In this document: piece by piece, positions 21,965 through 31,251 of the stretch | Layout: every line of letters starts with the position of its first letter | Position numbering within the stretch: the first letter of the stretch is position 1 | Notes under the pieces: generated by a model | Database searches by the model: none | What the model was told of the DNA's origin: nothing | The model's input: the letters and a program-made list of their open reading frames with translations, nothing else | Position numbers and translations under genes: made by a program | From: Thermodesulfobacteriota bacterium | GTDB taxonomy: Bacteria > Desulfobacterota_D > UBA1144 > Nemesobacterales > N074bin48 | Assembly (NCBI GenBank): GCA_041572575.1 | Contig: JBFFSH010000001.1 | Span: 31,369-95,368 of the forward strand | Direction of reading: 5' to 3' | Length of the DNA: 64,000 nt

Positions 21965-22918
21965 ATGGCAAACAAGTTTCCAATTTTTGATGCGCACGAA
22001 GATATTGCTTTTCACCTAAGCTACTTCAAAAGGGATTTTGTAGAGCCAAAAACCCCCTGCATGATTACTCTTCCGGGTCTTAAAAAAGGAAATATCAAAT
22101 TTGTGTTAAACACCATATTTGTTCATCCAAAGCTAAGGCCTGAGAAAACGACCGAAAATGCAAATTTGCAGTTTCAGGTATATGAAAACATTTACAGGGA
22201 TTTCGACTCTGAAATTATAAAAGTACAAAGCAAACAGGATATTGATACAGCCATATCTCAGGACAAGATTGGCTTTATAACACTAATGGAAGGTGCTGAC
22301 CCTTTGCAAAAACCTCAGGACCTTTATGAATATTATGATAAGGGCTTAAGAGTAGTAGGACCTTCATGGAATAATGCCAACCTGTTTGCATCCGGCCCGG
22401 CGACAGAGGATGGCCTCACAGAACAGGGTTATGAGCTTATAAATATAATGAATGAACTAAATATAACCCTTGATCTGTCACACCTTAATCAGGAGTGTTT
22501 TTGGAACAGTCTGGAAAATTACAAGCACATCCCAATTGCCTCCCATTCCAATGCAAGAGCTCTAACAGATCATCCAAGAAACCTTTACGATGAGCAATTA
22601 AAAGAAATTTCAGAAAGAGGCGGGGTGATTGGCATTGTACTTTACAACAGCTTTCTTAAAACTACAGATAATATTCCAACGCTGGAAGATATATATAAAC
22701 ATATAGATCATATTTTAAATATCTGTGGAGAAGATCATGTAGGTATAGGAAGCGACCTGGACGGAGCAGAGATAAAAGACTTTCCTGAGGATATAAGAGC
22801 TATAGAAAATCTGCAAAAAATCCCGGAGTATTTGTATGAAAAAGGTTATTCTAAAGATCTAGTAAGGAAAATTTCATATGATAATTTCCTAAGAGTTATA
22901 AAAAGTAACCTGAGATAA
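21965..22918 (+). CDS. Membrane/renal dipeptidase family (peptidase M19)
   Basis: DAHED, MEGAD, DLSH, ASHSN, GIGSDLDG. Confidence 0.88.
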   Translation: MANKFPIFDAHEDIAFHLSYFKRDFVEPKTPCMITLPGLKKGNIKFVLNTIFVHPKLRPEKTTENANLQFQVYENIYRDFDSEIIKVQSKQDIDTAISQDKIGFITLMEGADPLQKPQDLYEYYDKGLRVVGPSWNNANLFASGPATEDGLTEQGYELINIMNELNITLDLSHLNQECFWNSLENYKHIPIASHSNARALTDHPRNLYDEQLKEISERGGVIGIVLYNSFLKTTDNIPTLEDIYKHIDHILNICGEDHVGIGSDLDGAEIKDFPEDIRAIENLQKIPEYLYEKGYSKDLVRKISYDNFLRVIKSNLR

Positions 22919-22950
22919 AAAAAAGCCCGAAGCATAATCTCCGGGCTTTT
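22917..22950. terminator. Intrinsic terminator, stronger on the minus strand
   Basis: A8-GCCCG-AAGCATAATCTC-CGGGC-T4. Confidence 0.75.
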
Positions 22951-23033
22951 GGAGGAGGATGGAAACGTAATAACTATTTTATTAAATTGTCTATACCTAT
23001 TTAGATAACGATCAATACAAAGAGATTCAAATC

Positions 23034-24029
23034 ATGAAAATTAAAGTTGGAATTCTTGGAGCTACTGGATATACAGGGGCTGAGTTAATAAGATTACTTA
23101 CCGCTCACCCAAATACAGAGATTAAATGGCTAACCTCTGAGAGTTTTACAGGACAGAAAATATGTGAAGTTTTTCCGACATTTAGAAACATTGTTGATCT
23201 AAAATGCAAATCAGTAAGAGAAATTGAAGAACTTAAAAAAGTTGATTTGGTATTTTCCTGCCTTCCAAAAGGTTCGTCCAGCCACTTTTCCAGGTTGTTT
23301 TTAGATAAAGGAGCAAAATTTATAGATTTTAGCTCTGACTTAAGATTTAATAAATCCCCAAAAGGCACAAAAGCTATATATGGCCTGCCCGAACTATTTA
23401 GAAATAAGATCAAAAAAACGTATCTTCTTGCTAACCCCGGCTGCTATGCAACTGCAGCATCTCTGGGTCTTGCTCCACTTATTAACAATAAACTCATAAA
23501 AACAGACTCAATAACGATAGATTCCAAGGCAGGACTTTCAGGCGGCGGCAGAGCGCCTGTTGTTTCCAGACAATTTTCAGAGGCAAATGATGCGATCTCT
23601 GTAGACTCTATATCAGATCATAACCAAAAAACAGAAATAGAAGAGCTTATAAGAAATAGGTACAAAACTAACTCAAATCTAATATTCTCGACCTATAATG
23701 TTAACATAGACCGCGGTATTTTAACCACCATATCAGCCAAATTAGATGAGTCTGTTACTAAAGAAAAATTGCATTCTATATATATGGATTTTTATAAAAA
23801 CGAGAGGTTTATAAGAATAATAGAAAATGAAGATGCTGTTAGTACTAAAAACATCAGGTTTACTAATTACTGTGATATTGGTGTAAATATACAGGACAGA
23901 CATGTAGTATGTGTCACTGCTCTGGACAACCTTGGCAAAGGAGCCTCCGGGCAGGCTGTACAGAATATGAACCTGATGTTTAATCTTGATGAATCTGCAG
24001 GTTTACTAAATTCAGGTTTATTGCCGTAG
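23034..24029 (+). CDS. argC: N-acetyl-gamma-glutamyl-phosphate reductase (divergent)
   Basis: GATGYTGAEL, YGLPE, ANPGCY, DNLGKGASGQAVQNMN. Confidence 0.85.
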   Translation: MKIKVGILGATGYTGAELIRLLTAHPNTEIKWLTSESFTGQKICEVFPTFRNIVDLKCKSVREIEELKKVDLVFSCLPKGSSSHFSRLFLDKGAKFIDFSSDLRFNKSPKGTKAIYGLPELFRNKIKKTYLLANPGCYATAASLGLAPLINNKLIKTDSITIDSKAGLSGGGRAPVVSRQFSEANDAISVDSISDHNQKTEIEELIRNRYKTNSNLIFSTYNVNIDRGILTTISAKLDESVTKEKLHSIYMDFYKNERFIRIIENEDAVSTKNIRFTNYCDIGVNIQDRHVVCVTALDNLGKGASGQAVQNMNLMFNLDESAGLLNSGLLP

Positions 24030-24035
24030 GAATAA

Positions 24036-25505
24036 ATGAATAATTTTTTTGAAATACTTGATAAGTATAAGTCACTACAAAAATCTGCGCTTATCGAAGA
24101 ATCTAAAAGCATAAGCTACGAGGAATTATTTAACCTATGCACAAGCCTCTCATCATTTTTATGTAAAAATCAAATTCATAAAGGTGAGCGGGTTGCCATC
24201 TTTATTCCAAATTCCATAGAATTTGCAGTAAGCTTTTTCTCATGTTTAAACCTGGGTGCAGTTGCTGTTCCTATAAACCCAAAATTTAAAAAATATGAAA
24301 TTGAGTACTTTATTAATGACTCCGAGCCAAAACTAATTATTACATCCGATATACTTAAAACATTATTGCTAACAGTTAATAAAGAACTGAAGAGCAGAAC
24401 AATCTCTATTAGTGGTAAAAATCCTGATTTTAATTTACATGAGCTAATATGTTCTGATCGTATTTTAAACCCTAATTCAACTAGTGAAACGGATAAAGCA
24501 GTTTATCTATACTCGACTGGATCTACAGGTAATCCAAAAAGAGTTACAAGAACCCATAAAAATCTGATTACTCTTGCTAACAACCACAGTGAAACCGTGG
24601 GGTTGGATGAATCGGAAAAAATATTGTTTACCCTGCCAATTTCTCATACATATGCCCTTGGCAACTTCATTTCTGCAATAAAATCCGGTATGACCTGTTA
24701 TTTACTTGAAGATTTTAACAGGAAAAAAGTAACAGAGATTATTATTAAACAGCAGATAACAATTTATCCTTGCGTTCCCTTTATACTAGATATCCTGGCT
24801 GAATCAAATATTGATCCTGACACATTTAAGAGTCTTAAGCTTGTAATATCCGCAGGCGCTGCGCTTTCTAAAGAGATATTTGATAAGTTTTCCAATAAAT
24901 TTGCAAAACATCCAAGACAGCTCTACGGATCTTCAGAAACAGGGGTTATTTCTATAAATCTAAGCAGCAATATAGAAAACACATCCGATTCTGTGGGAAG
25001 ACCCGTAAAAGGGGTTACAGTTAAAATAGTAACCGATGAAGGCAAGGAAGCAGATACCGGAGAATTGGGTGAAATAATTGTAAAGAGTGAAACAATGACT
25101 AACGGATATGATAATATGCCTCAGGAAACCAAAGAGGTTTTTAAAGATGGGTTTTATTATACAGGCGATCTTGGCTATATGGACAATGACGGAATGATCT
25201 ATATTAAGGGTCGCAAGAAGCTTATGATAAATATAAGCGGTAATAAAGTCGATCCTGTTGAAATTGAAAATATTTTAACTTCACATCCGAAAATACATGA
25301 ATCCGCTGTAGTAGGAATTACGGATCAAAACAGCACCGAAATAGTAAAGGCTTTTATTGTTTGTGATGAAAATATTGAAAGGAAAGATATAATCCAATAT
25401 CTAATGAATCAGGTTTCAGATTATAAAATACCAAAACTAATAGAATTTGTTCAGTCCATTCCAAAAAGCCCTACTGGAAAAATCCTAAGGAACAAACTCA
25501 AATAA
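24036..25505 (+). CDS. Adenylate-forming acyl-CoA/acyl-ACP ligase
   Basis: YSTGSTGNPK, YGSSE, YTGDLG, GRKK, PKSPTGKI. Confidence 0.88.
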   Translation: MNNFFEILDKYKSLQKSALIEESKSISYEELFNLCTSLSSFLCKNQIHKGERVAIFIPNSIEFAVSFFSCLNLGAVAVPINPKFKKYEIEYFINDSEPKLIITSDILKTLLLTVNKELKSRTISISGKNPDFNLHELICSDRILNPNSTSETDKAVYLYSTGSTGNPKRVTRTHKNLITLANNHSETVGLDESEKILFTLPISHTYALGNFISAIKSGMTCYLLEDFNRKKVTEIIIKQQITIYPCVPFILDILAESNIDPDTFKSLKLVISAGAALSKEIFDKFSNKFAKHPRQLYGSSETGVISINLSSNIENTSDSVGRPVKGVTVKIVTDEGKEADTGELGEIIVKSETMTNGYDNMPQETKEVFKDGFYYTGDLGYMDNDGMIYIKGRKKLMINISGNKVDPVEIENILTSHPKIHESAVVGITDQNSTEIVKAFIVCDENIERKDIIQYLMNQVSDYKIPKLIEFVQSIPKSPTGKILRNKLK

Positions 25506-25508
25506 ACA

Positions 25509-25760
25509 ATGAGTGAGCAATTAAAACTAAATATTAAAGAAATAATAATAAACAAATTCAATCTTGGCATTGATGTCGTCGATTTCGATGAACAAAAGCC
25601 CTTTATAGAGTATGGAGTAGGAATTGATTCTGTTGCTAATTTAGAACTTATACTCCAAATTGAAAAGAACCTTAAGATCAATATAGATGAAGCGCAGGTT
25701 AATAGTGAAATACTGTTTAATTTTAAAACTCTTTATAAATTTCTAAGAGATCAGATATGA
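25509..25760 (+). CDS. Acyl/peptidyl carrier protein
   Basis: 83 aa, acidic, GIDSV phosphopantetheine-site motif; 3 nt after the ligase stop. Confidence 0.8.
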   Translation: MSEQLKLNIKEIIINKFNLGIDVVDFDEQKPFIEYGVGIDSVANLELILQIEKNLKINIDEAQVNSEILFNFKTLYKFLRDQI

Positions 25761-25763
25761 CAA

Positions 25764-26492
25764 CTATTTAGCATTCTCTTTGGTATTTTTGGTCTCTAGA
25801 TAACTTGAAAGTGAATCCAGAAACTGTATCCGTATCATTTCTGTGGCCTTTGCAATAGGTTTAATGACCACGCTGTCATAAACTTCTGAAGCAGTTTCTT
25901 CTAATTTGGTATCACCTGCTGTCCTTGCCAGTCTCAGTACTCCTACAGAGTTATAAAACGTAGATTTGGATATCGCCTTCTTTGCATCATTAATTCTGAA
26001 TTCTTCTAAAGCTTTTTGCGCCTCGAGAAGAGAATAAAATCCGACTCCGAAGAACAGGCATAGTATTCTCTTTACCTCTTCAGCAGACATTACCTCCATT
26101 ACATTTACCAGTGGAGCTTCCACTATTGCTTCAAGCTGCCTGGTATCACTACCTATAATATTTGCAAGATGCTTTATCTTATCTTCATCTGCATCTTTCA
26201 GAAGACCATTTATGGCGTCTTTAACAAATTCATGGGCAAAGTTATCTCTTATCTCTTCAAGCGACAGGCCCTCCGATTTAAGAGCTTTAATGTACGCAAG
26301 CTTATCCACGGTGTAATCGGGGAAAAACAGGGTTGTAGTCCTGCCCTTATCGTCCTTCACCTTTCTTCTTTTAGGCTTTGGTATAAGACCTAGTTTTACG
26401 CAGGACTTTATAGTCTTTTCAGGATCAGCTCCAAGATTAACATTTTTAACTTTTGAAAATTCAATCAGATCGGACATAGAAAGATCGGTCAT
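25764..26492 (-). CDS. MerR-type HTH protein with unrecognised C-terminal domain
   Basis: TIKSCVKLGLIPKPKR...F..YTVDKLAYIKALKSEGLSLEEIR follows the MerR HTH/wing pattern. Confidence 0.65.
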   Translation of the reverse strand: MTDLSMSDLIEFSKVKNVNLGADPEKTIKSCVKLGLIPKPKRRKVKDDKGRTTTLFFPDYTVDKLAYIKALKSEGLSLEEIRDNFAHEFVKDAINGLLKDADEDKIKHLANIIGSDTRQLEAIVEAPLVNVMEVMSAEEVKRILCLFFGVGFYSLLEAQKALEEFRINDAKKAISKSTFYNSVGVLRLARTAGDTKLEETASEVYDSVVIKPIAKATEMIRIQFLDSLSSYLETKNTKENAK

Positions 26493-26645
26493 ATTCCGAT
26501 ATTAAGGTATTTTGTATGTTTTTGTCAATACAGTAATTTGTTTTTATATTAAATTAGTAAAATAGTTTTAATACTGTATTTTCTTAAAGCAAAATTTGCT
26601 AATGATAACGGCAGGTTAAAATTTGAAGGGGTTTGGCAGCGTTTA

Positions 26646-27257
26646 ATGGACATTTTAAAAGATCATAGAATAGTAGCCGTGATTAGAGCCGAAAATATAG
26701 ATGAGGCAATGCTTAAGGCAGATGCCTGTATTTCGGGTGGAATAAAAGCGATAGAAATCACTTTTTCCTTTGATCAGTGCTGCAGGGCAATTAACAAGAT
26801 AAAAGAAAATAGCGATATTGTTGTAGGAGCGGGGACAGTGCTTACTGTGGATAATGCTAAGCGCGCAGTAGAACACGGTGCTGATTTTATAGTTTCTCCC
26901 CATACCTGTAAAAATATTATAGAATTTACGAAAAAAGAGAATAAGGTAGTAATATCGGGAGCTTCTACATCAAATGAAATAGTTACTGCTCATAGTATAG
27001 GTGCAGATATGGTAAAAATATTTCCTGCCAATTTAATTGGCGGCCCAGGATATGTAAAAGCTATCAAGGAACCTCTTCCATTTGCAAAGATATTTGTTAC
27101 AGGTGGTATAAATCTGCAAAATTGCAGTGATTACATAACCTCCGGAGCATCTTTAATAGGAGTTGCAAGCGCATTATTTACTCACAACTCACAAACACCG
27201 GGAAAAAAGATAACTGAAAATGCTCAGAAATTTGTTGAAAAAGTACATAATATTTGA
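26646..27257 (+). CDS. eda: KDPG/KHG aldolase
   Basis: AIEIT, VGAGTV, FIVSP, VKIFPA, VTGGI. Confidence 0.88.
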   Translation: MDILKDHRIVAVIRAENIDEAMLKADACISGGIKAIEITFSFDQCCRAINKIKENSDIVVGAGTVLTVDNAKRAVEHGADFIVSPHTCKNIIEFTKKENKVVISGASTSNEIVTAHSIGADMVKIFPANLIGGPGYVKAIKEPLPFAKIFVTGGINLQNCSDYITSGASLIGVASALFTHNSQTPGKKITENAQKFVEKVHNI

Positions 27258-27298
27258 TACAAGATAGATAATACTTCTAAAACTAATATACCCAACTC

Positions 27299-28768
27299 AT
27301 GAATATTCTTTTTATTACATCGGAGTTCGATCCACTTACTAATATAGGAGGTCTTGGTGAAGTTACATCGTCACTTTCCAAAGAACTGCAGGGTCTTGGA
27401 TGCAATGTAAAGATAGTTCTGCCTTATTACAAAGCAGTAAAATCTAATCTGCAAAATCTAAAAATTAAGCCAAAATCTATTAACAAAACAATTACTACCT
27501 GTATTGACTGGCTTGCTGTATCGGCAAAAGTTAAAGAGGTTGAAGTAAATGGTATCACTTGTTATTTGATTGATAATAAAGATTATTTTGATAGAAACTA
27601 CATATACAGCGCATATGGATACGAGCTGGGAGATGATGACCTCAGATTTGGATTTTTCTCACTTTGTGCACTGCAGCTTGCAAAATCTCTAAATTTTCAG
27701 CCAAACATAATCCACTGCCATGACTGGCAGACAGCTTTTGTTCCTTTGTTCCTAAAGTACCGCAAACATTTAAAAGATGATCCGTTCTATAAATCATCCA
27801 AGGTCTTATTCACAATTCACAACCTTTACTATCAGGGGGAGTTCAGAGAGGAGCTACTGGAAACTTTTGGTCTTCCAGACTACTTGTTTACTAACCAAAA
27901 CATAGAATTAAAAGGCAAGGTCAATCTGCTAAAAGCAGCAATACTTTTTTCAGATCAGATTACAACTGTTAGTGAAACTTATGCAAAGGAAATAATAAAT
28001 CCCGAGTTTGGATTTGGACTGGACAGGGTTCTTAGAAGAGCTTCCCAGGACTCCAATAAAATGCATGGGATCTTAAATGGGATAGATTACAACCTTCACA
28101 ATCCCAATTATGATAAAGAGATTTATAAGAATTATGGTTTGGACTCATTGGAAAATAAACAATACAACAAGACTAAGCTCAAAGAAGAATTTGGTCTTGA
28201 TACCAGTGAGGATAAACCATTAATTGCCGTTATATCCAAGCTTACAGATCAAAGAGGCATACAGTTAATAATTGACTCATTTTCACAGATTATAGACCTG
28301 GGATATCAGCTATTTATTCTTGGAGTGGGTGATTCAAAATATCATAAAGCGCTCTCACATAAAACAAAGAAATATAAGGGGAATTACTGTCTGATACTAA
28401 AGCAGGATGATCATACAGCAGCAAAGATCTATGCAGGAGCCGACATGATATTGATGCCTTCGAAGTTTGAACCCTGTGGACTTGGGCAAATGATTGCGCT
28501 TAGATATGGAACTATCCCAGTTGTAAGATCCACCGGAGGTTTAGTGGATACAGTACGTGATTATAGTGAAAGCAACAAGCCAACAGGTTTTACATTTAAG
28601 CAGTTCACAAAGGTAAACCTGCTGGATACCCTCATAAAGGCAATCACAGTTTATGAGCACAAAAATGAATGGGAAAAGATTATTAAGAACGCCATGAAAG
28701 AAGATTATTCATGGAAGGTATCAGCCAAAAAATATTTAGATCTTTATGAAAAAACAATAAAGAATTAA
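27299..28768 (+). CDS. glgA: Glycogen synthase (GT5) with substituted catalytic motifs
   Basis: HCHDWQT, FTIHN, GILNGID, PSKFEPCGL, TGGLVDTV; canonical KTGGL reads NIGGL. Confidence 0.85.
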   Translation: MNILFITSEFDPLTNIGGLGEVTSSLSKELQGLGCNVKIVLPYYKAVKSNLQNLKIKPKSINKTITTCIDWLAVSAKVKEVEVNGITCYLIDNKDYFDRNYIYSAYGYELGDDDLRFGFFSLCALQLAKSLNFQPNIIHCHDWQTAFVPLFLKYRKHLKDDPFYKSSKVLFTIHNLYYQGEFREELLETFGLPDYLFTNQNIELKGKVNLLKAAILFSDQITTVSETYAKEIINPEFGFGLDRVLRRASQDSNKMHGILNGIDYNLHNPNYDKEIYKNYGLDSLENKQYNKTKLKEEFGLDTSEDKPLIAVISKLTDQRGIQLIIDSFSQIIDLGYQLFILGVGDSKYHKALSHKTKKYKGNYCLILKQDDHTAAKIYAGADMILMPSKFEPCGLGQMIALRYGTIPVVRSTGGLVDTVRDYSESNKPTGFTFKQFTKVNLLDTLIKAITVYEHKNEWEKIIKNAMKEDYSWKVSAKKYLDLYEKTIKN

Positions 28769-28784
28769 ATTCTATGATTCTAAA

Positions 28785-29087
28785 TCAGATTTCATAATCT
28801 ACTACTACTCTTTCATCCCTTATCTCATTTACAAAATCAACCACTTTTACATGCTCCGGGTGCTTTTGATAGGTCTGCAGATCCTCTCTTGAGTCAAATA
28901 CCGAATACAATGCAACATCATATGCCGCAGCCGATCCGTTAAAATCCATACCTACTTCAATTTCTTTTATAACATCTATTTTATCTTTCAGGTCTTCCAA
29001 TACAGATTTAAGCTCCTTAGCATTTTCTTCTTTACTAACTCCACGAGCACTATCTTTAAGTTTCCACATTACTATATGTTTAATCAT
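28785..29087 (-). CDS. Dabb family stress-responsive A/B barrel protein
   Basis: MIKHIVMWKLK...YQKHPEH...VVDY. Confidence 0.85.
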   Translation of the reverse strand: MIKHIVMWKLKDSARGVSKEENAKELKSVLEDLKDKIDVIKEIEVGMDFNGSAAAYDVALYSVFDSREDLQTYQKHPEHVKVVDFVNEIRDERVVVDYEI

Positions 29088-29181
29088 TTAAGCCTCCATC
29101 GGTTTTTAAGTATTCAAAAGTTAACTGAATATTAATAATTATCTAATTCCTTACTGATTTTGAAACACCACATATTTAAAT

Positions 29182-30168
29182 TCATATATTTACCAGGTGG
29201 GAAACAAACTGATCTGAAATAGATTTCCAGCTCTTTGATTTTGCAAACTTCTGTGCATTGTTCGAAAGGTTAGTATAATCAGCAAAAACTTTTTCTATAC
29301 TCTTGGTCAAATTATCCCCCAAGTATCCTGTTACCCCGTTTTCAACTACATCACAGGGGCTTGGAACATCATATGCCACAACGGGAAGCCCGCAGGCCAT
29401 AGCTTCGAGCATCACCAGACCATATGTATCAAACTTACTCGGGAACACAAATACACCTGCTTTATTATACCAATTTACAAGCTCTTTATGATCTATGAAA
29501 CTAGTATACTCAACATCAGGATAATGCTTCTTAAGTGTGCTTAAGTATGGCCCATCTCCTACCAATATTTTTTTATATCCTTCAATCGAACAAAAATCAT
29601 CCAGGTTTTTATCCTTGCTCACTCTTCCTACAAAAATTAATGTATTTCCTCTTACATTGGCAGATCTGCTGTAATTATTAAACAGTGAAGCATCAACTCC
29701 TCTTGCCCAAACCACCGAATTTTTGAAGTTTAACTGTTTTTCTATACTCTTTGTGGTAACCAAAACCCTGCCACTAGCCGAATGAAACCATCTTATAAAT
29801 AAATTTGTAATAAACCTGGGCACTTTATACAAAAGCCAGCCATAGTCTGCAAGCTGTGTGTGATAAGAAGTATTAAACTTTATCCCATACTTCTTACAGT
29901 AATACCTTGCTGAAAGACCCAGGCTTCCCTCTGTAGCAATATGAACTCTATCGGGCTTTTGCTCTCCAAAATAGTTCCTTACGACCTCAAAAGGGTTTTT
30001 TAGTATTGGAATATTATAATAAAGATTAAAAAGTGTCACAGAGCCTTCAACGCTGGGATGAAGTACAAAGACTTCATGATCAGTAATATTATTAACCACA
30101 TTTTTAAGTGTATAGACAACACCATTTACCTGAGGTTCCCAGGCATCGGTTACAAGAATTATTTTCAT
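29182..30168 (-). CDS. GT4 family glycosyltransferase
   Basis: TDAWEPQVNGV, HIATEG, FVGRV, DTYGLVMLEAMACGLPV. Confidence 0.88.
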   Translation of the reverse strand: MKIILVTDAWEPQVNGVVYTLKNVVNNITDHEVFVLHPSVEGSVTLFNLYYNIPILKNPFEVVRNYFGEQKPDRVHIATEGSLGLSARYYCKKYGIKFNTSYHTQLADYGWLLYKVPRFITNLFIRWFHSASGRVLVTTKSIEKQLNFKNSVVWARGVDASLFNNYSRSANVRGNTLIFVGRVSKDKNLDDFCSIEGYKKILVGDGPYLSTLKKHYPDVEYTSFIDHKELVNWYNKAGVFVFPSKFDTYGLVMLEAMACGLPVVAYDVPSPCDVVENGVTGYLGDNLTKSIEKVFADYTNLSNNAQKFAKSKSWKSISDQFVSHLVNI

Positions 30169-30380
30169 AAAAGTTTCTTTGAGATTGGATATTATAAATA
30201 ATTAAGCCCAATGTACATAGTCATTAATTCTCTACTTTAGGAGATAGAAATTTTGCTATGTTTCTGGATTTATTTTTAGTTAGTAAATGATCGTTATTCT
30301 TTATATGGAATGTGCATCAATTATATAAGTAAAACTAAAAATTAATATACATCAATTTTGTGTACAATAGTTTTAGCAAA

Positions 30381-30821
30381 TTAATGGATGAAAGGAATGA
30401 GTCTTTTGGTTCCCCTTTTGTAAATCTGATAATCTGAGTTTCTATATATTATTAATTTTTCTTCATAAACGAGTTTTACATATAAATCAGCTAATAAAAT
30501 CAGCCAAACAGCAAATCTTATAATAGAAAAATCATCAATAACGAGCATTAAAGTTACAAGCAATAGGCATGAGTACATGGGATGCCTTACTAACTTATAT
30601 GGTCCTTTGGCAACTATTCTTGCATCTTTTGGAAAATTTGGAGTAAGACGGAAATTTTTAAAATTTATTGTCCAGAGCGCCCACAAACCTAGTGCAATAG
30701 CAAGCACATATACTATTTGAAGTGGTAAGCTGTGAGGTATTAATCTTCCTGTAGCCAAAATAAATACAATACATACAAGCTGTATTGCAACAAGAACTAT
30801 CGATTTAAAGTCTATATTCAT
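30381..30821 (-). CDS. Isoprenylcysteine carboxyl methyltransferase family membrane protein
   Basis: GPYKLVRHPMY, EE, RLIPF; several TM segments. Confidence 0.82.
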   Translation of the reverse strand: MNIDFKSIVLVAIQLVCIVFILATGRLIPHSLPLQIVYVLAIALGLWALWTINFKNFRLTPNFPKDARIVAKGPYKLVRHPMYSCLLLVTLMLVIDDFSIIRFAVWLILLADLYVKLVYEEKLIIYRNSDYQIYKRGTKRLIPFIH

Positions 30822-30858
30822 AAATAAATTAGATAGGAATATGATTGTACAGGTATTA

Positions 30859-31251
30859 TCATAGACATAATTGCTTACCAGTCAAAAAATTATTGTCAGG
30901 TTCATTAAGTTTAATAATAAGTGAAATAGGTCTTTGAGTCCACCTGCCCCAGCTTGGTGTAAGCATAATAAACTTTTGATTGATATTTTTTCCTTCAAGT
31001 TTGAATATGGTTTTAAATCTGGATTTACTAAGTATAACAAATTCACCTGAATCAATCATATTATTTCTATCATCATTTTCAGGACGAGAATTGCCTAAGA
31101 TCTCGGTTTCTATAGCTATTTGCCTGTTAATGTTAGTTAGTAAATCAAGGCCTGGTAAGTACCACTGTTTATTTTTATCATTTGATGAATAAAATATCAG
31201 AACCGGTCTATTGTTCACCCTAACTATCACAAAATCACCGGTTTCTCTCAT
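30859..31251 (-). CDS. Hypothetical protein, possibly a degenerate LigD 3'-phosphoesterase-like fold
   Basis: 130-aa ORF overlapping the coaX end; weak pattern similarity by eye only. Confidence 0.45.
   Translation of the reverse strand: MRETGDFVIVRVNNRPVLIFYSSNDKNKQWYLPGLDLLTNINRQIAIETEILGNSRPENDDRNNMIDSGEFVILSKSRFKTIFKLEGKNINQKFIMLTPSWGRWTQRPISLIIKLNEPDNNFLTGKQLCL

Noticed and set aside
22959..22970. Micro-ORF ATG GAA ACG TAA after GGAGGAGG as an argC leader peptide
   Set aside because: Only 3 codons, no Arg codons, SD too close to the ATG, and no attenuator downstream.
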